64,000 nucleotides of DNA from Camelus ferus (taxonomy: Eukaryota), in the NCBI RefSeq assembly GCF_009834535.1, contig NC_045697.1, forward strand, positions 96,722,001-96,786,000. Reading direction: 5' to 3'. A program made the translations under genes and the position numbers. Positions 1 to 12,519 of this stretch are shown here, piece after piece (the stretch's first letter is position 1; every line of letters starts with the position of its first letter). A model generated the notes under the pieces. It searched no databases. It had not been told where the DNA came from and saw nothing but the letters and a program-made list of their open reading frames with translations.

Positions 1-111
1 ATATATGCATTCCAATGTTTATTGTAGCATAATTTACAATAGCCAAGATATGAAAGCAACCCCAGTATCCATGGTTAGATGAATGGATAAAGAAGATGCG
101 GTGTGTACACA

Positions 112-166
<55 letters not shown>

Positions 167-635
167 GAATATTACTCAGCCATTAAAAATGAAATCTTGT
201 CATTGTGACAACATGGATGGATCTAGAGGGTATTATGCTAAGTTAATTATACAAGAAAAGACAAATACCACATGATCTAACTTATATGTGAAATCTAAGA
301 AACAAAACAAAGAAAACAAAATGAAAACAAATTCATGGATACAGAGAATACACTGGTAGTTGCCAGAATGGAGGGGTTTGAGGAGGGTAGGTGAAATAAG
401 TGACAGAGATTAAGAGGTAGAAACCTACAGTAATAATAATAAATAAGTCACGGGTATATATACACAGCATAAGGAATATGGTCAATAGTAATGTAGTAAG
501 TTTGCATGAGACAGATGTTTACTAGATTTATCATGATGATCATTTCATAATATATGCAAATGTCAAACCATTATGTAGTACACCTGAAACTAACATAATA
601 CTGTACACCAACTATATTTCTATTTAAAAATAAAC
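1..635 (+). mobile_element. L1 (L1MA-like) ORF2 end and 3' UTR, truncated by window start
   Basis: Typical L1 3' motifs (acaatagccaagat, gatgaatggataaagaagatg, tggaatattactcagcc, acatggatggatctagagggtattatgctaagt, tacacctgaaactaac) ending in an A-rich tail. Confidence 0.9.
107..164. repeat. (CA)n microsatellite inside L1
   Basis: About 29 CA units with one TA interruption. Confidence 0.97.
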
Positions 636-759
636 TATGTACACATTAGCTAAAAACAAGATTATATCTTTGTCCAAGTATTCCAGTATATTGTAGGAAA
701 TAGCAACACAACCTTGCTGGTTTTTGCCTCCCAGGGTCAGTATAAAAAGCATTGTTAAA

Positions 760-783
760 TGGAGAAACCCCTCTAGAGGGCCA
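760..783 (+). promoter_or_regulatory. Candidate CTCF-binding motif
   Basis: CCTCTAGAGGGC (770-781) resembles the CTCF core CCASYAGRKGGC; TGGAG lies 5 bp upstream where the TGCAG upstream motif is expected. Motif match only. Confidence 0.35.
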
Positions 784-3099
784 GTCGCTGCCTGATAGCA
801 CTGCTACCCAGAGGGAGGGGCCTGCTAACCACTGCAGCTGCCTTGGCTTACTAAAGCTAAGGTTAGGATACTGAGACTGGCCTGAGGGGAAAAGTGTCAT
901 CTGTTCTCTGTAAATTTTTTGGCTTTGATTCAGTCAGCAGCTTTTTAAATGCCAGCATACTGTGGCTTTAAGGTTTAATTAAGGGATTAACATAACAAAT
1001 CCAGGAAAAAGATAACCATATTACATGGCTTTGGGTTTACCAGTAGAACATAAAAATATTTAAGACAATTTGATTTTCTGCCTTTGGTAATATTTTTTCC
1101 AGATATAAGCTAAATCATGCACACAAAAACCAGTGAGCAGAGAACAGGCTTAACCATATGTTCAGTACAGAAACTACCAGAACATGTATAAACTTGTGTT
1201 GCTCAATACTATTAATTTTTAGTAATCACAAAAATGTACTAAATCACTAAATGTAGTAAATACTAATAAATGTGTTTCCTTCTAGTTGGTTTAGCAAAGA
1301 ATTTTCAGGCATGTAAAGAAGCTAAAAACTCTGTTATTAAAGTTTTATGTTTTTAACAAAATTTATTCCCATTATCTTATATTAGTATTATAAATACATA
1401 GCGGAAATGTAGTAAAGCAATGTCTGTTGCTGTCAGCATAAATGGCTAAAGGCTTCTTCAGGAGCAAACTTGTCTGTTAGGTCAAAGTGCTTTTGCAACT
1501 CACAGATGAGTTTCACAGTGCAGTATACTATCCAGGGTCTTTAACAGATAAGCGAGCCACATACCAGGAGGTGATCTAAGTTTGGGGGCATATATCCTTC
1601 TCATCTCAATCCTAGATCTTCTCAACCAGTGTCTCATATAGTACTGCAATAGATTTGTGATAGAGGCAAAGGTAAAATTGTACCTTTTCTAACTTTATTT
1701 TATTTGGTTCAAATACAAGCAGGTTTTCATGGATTCCACTTTATTTTATAAATAATATTATAAATGACACATGTAGCTGATTTATAGTTTTCACTCAGAA
1801 ACATAAATAATAGAGATTAGTTTTCATTTGACTATAGTTCACAGCTCATGTGCATATGGTGAAAAAGAAAATCCTTCCTATTTAACTGCGCTGCAATTTC
1901 AGAAAACAAATGCAAGACAGTGTTCTAAAAGGAGATAACCAAATAATACACAGCCTGCTCAGACCTCCCTTTCTCAAATTCATGGCCATTAAATCTGCCA
2001 AGTACAAGTCTATTGACTTTTCCATGTACCTTTGCTTGAGGAAGTAAATTCTGAATATTTAAAAGCTTATTATTTTGTGGGAGCTTATTTTCTAGGTGGC
2101 AGTGAAGAACAGAAGTTTTGGCATTCTCTCTGGCATGACCTAAAAACCAGATGATAAAAGACAGAGGAAGACAAGTTTAAAATAAAATAATAGTTGCATG
2201 AAACACAGTAAATATGAATATAAGAATAAGTTATCTTTATTTGGAGAATTTCCTCAAGGATTTACTGCAACCTCAAACAAGTATATAATTGTCTGTGCAC
2301 TTATATTGTTCTGTACTTTTCAAACTAACACTACTTGTGGTTCAGTCTAGGAGACAATGGTCCACAATCTGAACAGAGATTTTGCAAATTATTTGCTTTG
2401 TATAAAGTATTTTCTGTCTGGGATTTCAACAGTGAGAATAAATGAGAGAAACTGGTCACCTGTGGGGATCTTTCCAGTGGCCATTCTAAGACACACTCTT
2501 AAAATATATCAATGATTAAGTGGATGAAATGTCTCTTCTTGATTCATCAGGAAGAAATCAATCTAAAATGCTCTTACTAAAAAGTGAACTCATTTTGAAA
2601 GTTTTCAGATGAGGTAAAGCTGAATGACAGAAGTATTTGGTGATTGAAACCAAGAAAGAGGAAACAAAGAGTAAAAAATTAGTATCACTCTATAAAGGGA
2701 AAAATTCATGGGAGTATGTATTGTAAATCAGATAGAAAGAGTGAAGATCTTCCTTGTTCACATCCAGCTAAATAGGGGTCATTTGTTTCCAAAGACTTTC
2801 AGGAAAAATCCTATTAATTGCCCTGAGATTCACCTAGGAAGTGTGCAAGAATCTGAAATAATTGCATTTGATAAGATAAATATCAATTACATTCATTATG
2901 CCTCCATCCTTGGAGTTGGGGTTTTCTGAATTTCATGCAAATTAAAGTATCTTTAAAATATGGTAAGGAAAGATAGTCACCCAAACAAAACTTGAAATGC
3001 TTTCCAAAAGTTAGGGATGGGATGGGAAACTGATGTCTGCCACTTAAATCTGCAATTATTCATTGAATGAAACAACATTAACACCTAAAAAACAGAAAC

Positions 3100-4095
3100 T
3101 GTTTATGCTGATTCTATGACTACTTCCTCACCACAAATCTTGTATCCTAAAACAATACTCATTTATTATCTCTCTTAAAAGATAAACTGAGGCATATTAA
3201 AATTTTTAAGAGTTTGAGTAAAAATCAATTCCAGTCGAGCAGCATTCAAGCCAGCAGATAGAAAAGAGCTCTGAGAAGCTATACAAAATGAAAGATTTTC
3301 ATGCGTAGAAAGGAGAAGGAACAAGAAAGTTATACAAGGCAAAAAAGCAGGTTGGTTATTGCAAGGTTAGTTTTTTTTTAAGGAATGGCAGGAATTCATC
3401 AAGAAGATATTCTAACTAGTTCTGACAGAAAATTTCTGATTGACTGTTTAAGATTCCATTTCTGGGAGAGCCAAAACAGTAATTAAGTTAAATCTCACTT
3501 TGGTGATGTGGTGTTTGGCATAAGTGACTCCATTTTGACACTACTATCTTGGTTTTTTACCACCTCACAAACTTCTTCAGTCAGAAAGCTAGTTTGCCTT
3601 TCTGCTTTGGACAACACATAACTGAAATCAAAATCAAGTGTTGACCAGGCTGTTTTTTTCTGGAGTCTCCTGGGAAAAATCTGCTCACAAATCATTCCTG
3701 TATGTTGAGAGAGAATTCATTTCTTTGTGGTAATATGACTCAAACCCATTTTCTTGCTGGCTGGAGGTTGGAGGTCATTCTCAGCTTCTAGAGGCCACTC
3801 TAAATTCCTTTTCTCATGGTCCCCATCTGCAAGCTAGATGGCTCAATGAATCATGCTAGTGCTTCAAGTCTCTGACTTGGTCTTCTGCAACAATCTGAGA
3901 AAAACTCTCCTTTTAAAAACTGTTGTGATCAGATCAGGCCTGCTTAGAAAAATATATCTTAAAGTCAACCATGTCATAGAACATAGCCTAATCCTGGGAG
4001 CAAAACCCATCATATTCAGCTAGGGAATTATTCAGGACATATATCAGAGAGAATAGGAGATCTTTGGGGAAATCTTAGAATTTTGTCTAATACAA
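3100..4095 (-). mobile_element. MaLR LTR (MLT1D/E-like), split by an ERV1-type LTR
   Basis: atttattatctc..ctcaca, aaatcaag, ttcttgctggctg, ctcagcttctagaggccac match the reverse strand of MLT1; the halves rejoin across 3173-3562. Confidence 0.75.
3173..3562 (-). mobile_element. ERV1-type solo LTR nested in MLT1
   Basis: Termini t(c)ttaaaa...ttttacca; 4-bp flanks tctc (3169-3172) / cctc (3563-3566). Confidence 0.7.
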
Positions 4096-5915
4096 CCACC
4101 TAATTACTTTTGGCCTATAAATTGAGCTCTTAAACAAGTTTTTCACATTTATCCACTTTAGAAAAGTATTTTCAATTATCATGCCAGATATATTTTAGTT
4201 ACAGCAGTTAATTATTATTCATGTTTAATAATTAGGGCCTTTGAATCTGAAGTGATTAAATTGATAATTTATTTTTTCTGAAATTATAATTTGATGAATC
4301 AACCAAAGTGTGGTCAGCTTCTGAATCCTTCTTGAAATGGTCAGTTACCGCCTCATCCCTGAGAATTACGTTTTGCTTAATTGTCCTAGGTTCAATTTTC
4401 CCTACTCCATTATCTTCCTACTTACACTAAAATTTGATTGCTAGTTACTCAAATGCTATCTATTTATAAAAAGAAATCCCATAAGCAAAGTCGTGTTTAA
4501 AAAGGTCATTTAAATCGGTGGGGAGAATATAAAATCTTATGATGGAAAAAGGGATATTTATGATGCTTCTGTGAACATGATTAAACTGAAATATTGAAGG
4601 TTTCAAACAAAAATAGATAAAATAATGAATCTATTATATGACAAAATTCTCAAATAGTCTCAGAATTGCCTCCTTTTTTCTTTTCTTTTTGTTAGTTTTA
4701 GTTTGCCAAAGGGTTTAATGAAATATAACAAGTTAAAGATAACTCAATTAACTTCACCCCTAATTCACACTTTCCAATATTTTATCATCACTTTCAATGA
4801 TACCACCTTTCTCTGGTGTTTCCTTCTGACTTCTGCTCCTTCACTGCTCTTTACATTCAATAATAAAGGCATGAACCCCTTTGAGAGTCTGACAAAAATC
4901 CATTGATCTTCATCACATAAAGTTATATGGGAATATATGCACATATACACAACATTTTGCTTTCAATTTGAAGACTCACTGAGCGCCTAAAACTATCTCC
5001 ATTTCATATCTCTTAAGTTTTGTTTTTTATCTCTCTGAAAAGTTTTATATCCACATTCTCTGTCCATTTCTAGAGCTCTCATCCTTACACTTCCTTTACT
5101 GCAGTCATTTTCTTGCCGTTTCCAGACACTAGTGAATTCATACTCAGTGCACCCTACACACAGATAAGGTTTAAACTATTTTTTTCTCAAAAAACTCTTT
5201 CAATATATTCATTTACTCAAAAGTCTCACTCTCTGTATTTGAGTGCTCATTCCTTTTATCTAAACTTACAAAGGCCCTTTCATCTCTTTTCCCTAAACTC
5301 ACTACCTTAGCCTGTCCCCTAATTACTGGTTGTGGAAAATACTAAAGCAAGTGTTTTCCTAGCTTCAACCAAATTCAAATACTTTCCTTTAACTGAAACT
5401 GACTTCTTCCTTGCTGCCTGCTTGCTTTTCTTTGCAGGTGACTTCCCAGTCATCGTCAGTGCCCTCGCTTCACCCACCTGCTCTTCTGCAGTATGTTAAT
5501 TTGACATATCTTACCTTACCATCCCACTTTCACTTAAGAATATTATGTTTCCTGTAAAGGCACAGGTACACATGTAGTTAAATACTTGCAGTAAACATAG
5601 AAACAAGCCAATAAATTATATCTTCTATAATTTTCAAAGAAAGAAAAAAGCTAATTTTAATAGAACTAAATATAGTTTGAAATTTTGTTTTAAAGTTTAC
5701 TGTTAATTGCCTTAAAAATAATTTTCATGTAACACATTACCCAAAGGCACATACACACACATACAACCTTTAAAATAAAATATAAGGTAAAACAGAACAT
5801 TTTTATTCTCTTTGACAAAAATAAATGGAATGGGATAAGTTCTCAGGAGTTGCTCAGAGGTTAATTCTTAGATAAAGCAATTCATAGATAAGATATTAAA
5901 AAAAATAAACTCCAA

Positions 5916-6530
5916 GGTGGGAGGGGCAATATAGGGGTAAGAAATTAAGAGGTACAAACTATTAAGTATAAAATAAGCTACAAGGATATATTGTACAACA
6001 TGAGAAATATAAAAAGTATCCATATGAGATCGCTCATATGTGGAATCTAAAAAACAAAAACAAAAACAAACACAAACAAACAAACAAAAAACAAAGCGTA
6101 AATACAGGACAGAAATAGACTCATAGACATAGAATACAGACTTGTGGTTGCCAGGGGGGCGGAGGGTGGGAAGGATAGACTGGGATTTCAAAATTGTAGA
6201 ATAGATAAACAAGATTATACTGTATAGCACAGGGAATCACAGAGGAAAAAATGTGACAATGAGTGTGTATATGTCCATGTATGACTGAAAAATTGTGCTG
6301 AACACTAGAATTTGACACAACATTGTAAAATGATTATAAATCAATAAAAAATGTTAAAAAAAAACCTTTTACACAAGAAACCAATAATGGTTACCTATTT
6401 ATGAAGAGGAAAAAAATATTCTATAATAACTACAAATGGAATGTAATGTTTAAAACTTGTAAATCACTATATTATACACATGTAATTTATATTATATTAT
6501 ACATTAACTACATGTCAATAAAAATGAATA
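5916..6530 (+). mobile_element. Short 5'-truncated older L1 3' end, host of a younger L1
   Basis: ttaagaggtacaaactatt...gatatattgtacaaca and aaatcactatattatacac...caataaaa; TSD-like aataaa(ta)ctccaa on both sides. Confidence 0.85.
6020..6410 (+). mobile_element. Young (camelid-type) L1 3' UTR fragment plus ~45 bp extra 3' sequence
   Basis: Highly similar to 14194-14536 (catatgagatcgctcatatgtggaatc...aatcaataaaaaatgttaaaa), with a ~22-bp internal deletion. Confidence 0.9.
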
Positions 6531-7849
6531 AATAAATACTCCAACACAGGAAGCAGAGTTTTTGACCCTGTACTGTACCTACATCCTGATGTCTAATAAC
6601 AGAACAGAGGGGAAAAAAGAAAAAAGAGGAAAAATAAATCATGAATCACACTAGCATCTGGCACAGGGAAATGGTAACGGTTTCAAGAGGAAGCTTTGCC
6701 ATGAAACGTCCTGAATGACATGAAATGACTGAGAGGAACACTGGCAGAGGAATAGTCCTTTTCTGGTGGTAAGGTTTAGCCTAGGACAAATGCTTGTACT
6801 GGCTTATTATGGCTCTTTCCTGGTGCCATGGTCCCAGGCCAGAATTAAAAGAGGCCCTTTGGCCAATGGTCTCCTTGAATACAGATAAGGTAGCAATGGA
6901 TGCACAGATTCTTTGCATAAGTGTCTGGGAAGTATGTCAATTCTCTGAGTGACATCAGCAAAATCGATCAATAATCAATGCAGCTACTTGGAAATAGAAG
7001 TACCTTCAGGGATTATGGGGAGTAAGGGGTGGGCAAAATGTAGTAGTGAAAATTAAACTTAATAGCAGCACCTTTCACTTTTCGATGCTGAAAGGAAGAA
7101 TTTGGGTGATTGAGGTACAGAATAATTGCTACACTATTATTTTGCACCATAACTGTACCTCTAGGCTGATGGCCTAAGGAAATACCTGTTATATTTATAT
7201 TTACATTTTAGTTGATACAGATTAGGCATTGTGAGAATTCAGAGTTTGTCAAATCAACACTATAAAGTGACATTATAACAGTCTGCCTTGAGAGGTGCTG
7301 TAAACCGTTCCCTTTAGAATGGGAGATTTTTCTGTTCCCTTCTTCACATTGCATATAGAGAATCACTTCTATTAGACTAATACTTGCCATAGAAAATATT
7401 AATTGATTAAAGAGTAGCTTTTTGAAAATAGAGTAATATGTAGACGCCACGTAGTTCACTTGCTTCCCTTGCATTATCTGTAGGTTTTTAATTGAAATGC
7501 ATGAGATAATATCAGTATTTAGCAATGTCTGAATATGCTTAGCTTGGACATGTTTAGATGTTAGCCTCCTTTACTAACAATAAAGGAAGAGTAAGCCCAG
7601 ATTTTGCAGTAAGCCCAAATTTTTTATTTATCAAGAGAAGAAGGTGAAAGTCAAAGCTAACGTCACCTGTCTAAAGCATTTAGGATAATAATGATACATA
7701 TGGCTGTATTTCAGAGTACGGCAGCAGTTTTTAACAATTCAACATTTAAGTAGACAAGAAAAGTGTAAATTTTATACAAATTGACAACCAAATTTTACAT
7801 TATTAAAATATTTTGAATGGGTGTAAATGCTTCACTAAAAAGTAGGATT

Positions 7850-8040
7850 TGTTCTCCAGTTCAGCTTTTGCATTAATACCTGTGAGATCTTGTCAATTAA
7901 CTGAAACTTAGGAATACATTTTTATTAAGTAGAGATGAAAAAAATCTGTAACTCATAGGTTATAATGGGGCTAAATGAGAAAATGAGGTGAAATCATGTT
8001 GCAATGGCAAAGAGGAAAGTAAATTCTAGTTATATTATTG
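7850..8040 (+). mobile_element. MIR SINE fragment
   Basis: Degenerate MIR core and tail (ctgtgagatcttg...taactcataggtt...taaatgaga). Confidence 0.5.
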
Positions 8041-9809
8041 TACTTGTTAAATATGTATAGTTAGGGTAAGTATAAGAAAGTGCTACTTTAAACAGAGTAA
8101 TAAATTCATAAATTGATTAAAATCCAAGCTAGACAATGTTAAAAATGACTTTGTAAAATTGTTTAAATATTGAAAGTAAAAGAAACATGATGAATAAACA
8201 ATGAAAAATGGATTGGGGTAAATTTCTGGCTTTTAAAGAATATTATTACTGTCAAAGCAGCACTTCTTAATTAGATGCTTTGTAAATGTGTACTGGCATT
8301 TTCTTCTTAATATTGGCTAAATGTTTTGATTAATCATTACAATACTGCATAAGATAGTCTTTTGCAGCCCCAAACGTCAATAGTGCCTATTTATGAAAAT
8401 ACACAGACTGTATGAAACAACGACTCTACACTTAAGTCTCCTGTCGGCTTACAGTCTGTTTCCTGTATTATTCAGTGGAAAGTTGGGAGAGACAAAAGAA
8501 ACTGCCTTAACTAAAGTGTTGGAAAAGTCAGTTTCTAATCCCAACTCTAAATAACTGCATTTGGGTATTTGGTCCTCTGAACTTTAACGAGCTTCAATCT
8601 CCTCTTATGTAAGATCAAATTATGAATGTTTCCAGTTCCATTGATATAAATATATACTTATGTATATATACCAATGGAATCCTATGAATATAAAAAGAAT
8701 CCTCCCCTCCTTTACATTACAAAAAAAGAAACTCACACTTAGTGGTAGTTGTTGACACTCATTGACAAGAGCTCCTATGCATTCAATAATACACTAAATG
8801 AATTTGTTTTTCATTAAATCCAATAGCTCCTGCAAACTCGAAAAATGACTGTGCTTAAATAATGCCTTGTGCTCTTTTGGCTTCATTCAGATCTAATTTG
8901 CCAGATGATCAGGCACCAAGAAATATTTTCTTTATCTCATGCAGAATTTTTAAAAATTGAGTCAATGTTCAAACATTGAATTTATTAAGCTAAAGTTGAT
9001 TTCTAAGTTCTTTTGGCATGCTCAAAAATGATGGAAATCTTCATCTTGATCTTGGATAGAGCATATGCTTCTCCATTTCACCTCATCCTCCAGCTCTTTA
9101 TTTTTTTTTCTTTAGCCTGATTACTTTTTTAAAATTCATTTTGTTTTCTGCTTGGTCCCATAAGGCACCTAATTTCCACTGTACACTTTGATTATATTCC
9201 TCTTTATTTTATCCAGCCTCTCCTTAATTCTGTAATCACAAAATAAACTCATCTTGTTAAACCTAAATCCAAATAATCCTTCTCATATATATCAATAAAA
9301 GAGTAACAAAGCAAAAACAAACTCAAACGCAAATAAAAGTAGGCAATTTATTTCCTCTCCTATTAACTACCTGCAGTTATCCCATGTTTCCTTCCCTACA
9401 CAGGTTCCTTTATCTTCTCTCAAGTGAAGTGATCCAGATTCCCCCAGAACAATTCTTTAGCTTCTAATTTAATTTATGTATAATCTAATATACATTAATA
9501 ATAAAAACTTTAGACAAAGTTTAGGAATGTGAATACTTCTAGTAGACAATAGGAAAAGCTTTTTTAAGGAGAATAGCTGTGAAAATCCATGCAAAATGTA
9601 TCACATGGCTGTCTATTAGCTCCACCAACAAATTGAGTTGGCCTAGAGATAGTAAACAGATTGAAAAACTAAGGTATTGTGGTTAACTGAAAATAATACT
9701 CAAAGTAAACTCAGTATTCCTCAAAGATTACATCAAGATTGGCAATAATATTTAATTTTAGTGAGTAAAAAACATTGAGATTTCCTTTTGGTTTTTTTAG
9801 ACAGAAACT

Positions 9810-10270
9810 TGATGGCTCATGCTTTTTGTGTCCTGATCTAGGAAACAATCACTTCCTCCAAAACAAAAAGACCTGTTGACTCGTTTGGTATTCTCTCAGG
9901 TTTTAATGGTTCTTAATTTTGTTTACATATATGATTAATCTTGATCAAATTCAAAATAAAGTTCATTTGCAGTGTAAGACAGGAATCAGTTTTTCCCCCA
10001 CATTGGTATACATTCACTTTTCTAATACATTTTATTGAAAAGAATTTCTTTCCACCATGGAAGTGCCTTGGCACCTTTGTTGAAAAATCACTTGATCATA
10101 TATGTGTGGGTCTCTTTCCAAATTTTTTGTTGTTTTATTAATTTTTTTCTATTCTTAAGGCAATATCATATCATTTTGATTGCTATAGCTTTTTAATAAA
10201 GTCTTGAATCAGACAGTATAAAGCCTTCAAGATTGTTTTCTTTTTCTAATTTTAATTGTTCTAGGTATTT
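9810..10270 (-). mobile_element. Old L1M ORF2 fragment
   Basis: ttattgaaaaga...cttggcacctttgttgaaaaatca...catatatgtgtgggtct is the L1 ORF2 antisense signature. Confidence 0.8.
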
Positions 10271-11964
10271 AAAGTACTTCAAAGCTTGCCAAATGTATCT
10301 TCCCTAAAGGTATTTCAAATCTATTTACACTAAATTTAAATATAAAGTACAATTCAATTTTCATAAATATTTAATGCAATTAACTCGCCTCTCAATGAAA
10401 AGTAGTAAATGTAATAACAAGGATAACATAAATACTGTTGTAATAGAGGTTGCTTTACTGATATGTTCTTTCATTTTATTTTAAAATGGTTATTTTAAAA
10501 AATAAAGAGTCAAAGAGGTATTTTGATTTCAATTAATACATCTCTTTTAAACAACATGTTCAGGTTATTTCTGACAAGCCAGAAAGTAAATAAATGGTTA
10601 AATAGTACAGAGTGGTCCTTAGTCAATTTGTCAATATATAGGACATTGACTGACTACCAAACTACTATATGACTCAGGAGATGTTAAGATGAGCTTCAAT
10701 TTTTATATGATAATTGGAAATTTCAGAACCTAGTGTTCCATCAGTTAGCAAAGACAGATATGTCCAAAGATATGATAACAATTTGAAAAAGTTGCTGGTG
10801 AGTGCAGATATCTAGAGAAAATTTAGCAAGTTCAAGTGACAGAAAATTGCAAGAATAGGAAAATAATTTTTAAAATATATAGAATCATTCAGTTATTTGT
10901 GATCTGCTAGAAACTTTGTCAGTTTTCCAAATCTTATCAAATTCCACTCTAAATCCATGGGAAAGAAGTGTGAGGCAGAAAATCACTATGCCAATTGTGG
11001 CTTATTTTCATGTTTTATATTTTTATATTTGTAGCATGGATTAATAGCTTGAATATTTGAATACTATTTGTAATACTTGACAAAGTTATTAATAACATTT
11101 AATATATCACCTGTGTTTAAGCCCAGAAATAAGTGAATATTTGTATTTAATAATTAAAGGCATTCAAACGTATTTTTGTGTATAAAATATACATTTTATT
11201 AAAATTTTTGGTCATGTAAATGAGAAATTTTTATGTGTTTTTAATGAAAATAATCATAATATTCAATTTCAATATTTATTCACAATTAATATTATTTAAA
11301 ATAATGTTATTTTTCAGTGATAAGGAAAAGCATGTATGTGTAGAAGGCAGTATCACTCAATAACTTATTCTTAAGTAACTATCAACTTAAATCTTTGTTG
11401 AAGATCTGTCATATGTGGGAACTGTGCTACATATTAGGGATAAAAAATGGTTCTTTCCTCAAAGATACCGTACTTGAGTGGGTAGAAAGTTTATTTAATA
11501 GAGCACAAAATGAAATAGAAAATGTCCTCAAGCCAAATCACATTTCACTTCAAGAATTAGCTTTCCTCTAAATTATTCCATATTCTTTAAGTTTCTAATA
11601 AAAACCTATTAATGGTTTTTAGTAGTACTTAAAATTTTCAACATCAGACCACTGGCATGAACTAAAATAATCTTCATCCTAGCATGGGTCCTAATATTTA
11701 ATTACTATGAAAGAAGATTAACATTATAATAAGCAACTGATAAAATTCATGACTAAAAGCTAGCCATTTGGAGTGTGACAAAAAGAACTTTCTAGGCAGA
11801 GAAAACAATATTAGAAGCCTTCAGGCATAAAAATGGCTGGGTTTATTTGAAAACCAAAATAAATCTCATATAGCAAGGAAATACTCATGAAGAAAATAAA
11901 TGGAAAGTTAGAGTAGGGTCAGATCATAAAGCCCATTGTAAAAAGTGTGGGATTATTTTGAATT

Positions 11965-12345
11965 TGTGTCAGTTTCCTAGAGCCGCTATAACAAAAATAT
12001 GAAAAAACAGGTGGTTTAAAAGAACAGAAATATATCCTCTCACAGTTCTGAAATATAGAAATTCAAAATCAAGGTGTCAATGGGATTCATTCTTTTCAAG
12101 GATTCTGAGGGAGAGGTCTGGTCCATGCTTCTCTCTTTGTTTTGGGTGATGACCCAAAATCCTTAGAGTTCACAAAGGCATCTTTCCTGTGTGTCTGTGT
12201 GTCCAAATTTCACTTTTTTTTTAATAAGAATACTGTTTATATTGTATTATAAGCCCACCCTATGCCAATATGATTCCATTTTAACCCAGATTTCAAACAA
12301 TTCACATTAAAAGCAAAAGTTTAGTACCTATCATTCAACATATAA
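11965..12345 (-). mobile_element. MaLR LTR (MLT1B/C-like)
   Basis: tgtgtcagtttcctagagcc...ggtggtttaaaagaacagaaat...ctcacagttctg...aaaatcaaggtgtc. Confidence 0.8.
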
Positions 12346-12519
12346 CATTTTAGATTTTTATCCTTTGATTATTCAATCAAACACTAATCAAGATACCACT
12401 GTGGAAGAATTGTGAAGATGGAAGGAATTAAAGTCTCAAATCATTTGACTTTAAAATGTGGAGACTATCTGGGTGGGTCTGGCCCAATCAGGTGGGACTT
12501 TTAAAAGCAGAGAGTTTTC

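Noticed and set aside
741..748. TATA box promoter
   Set aside because: TATAAAA is common in AT-rich DNA; no CpG island or downstream gene is evident.
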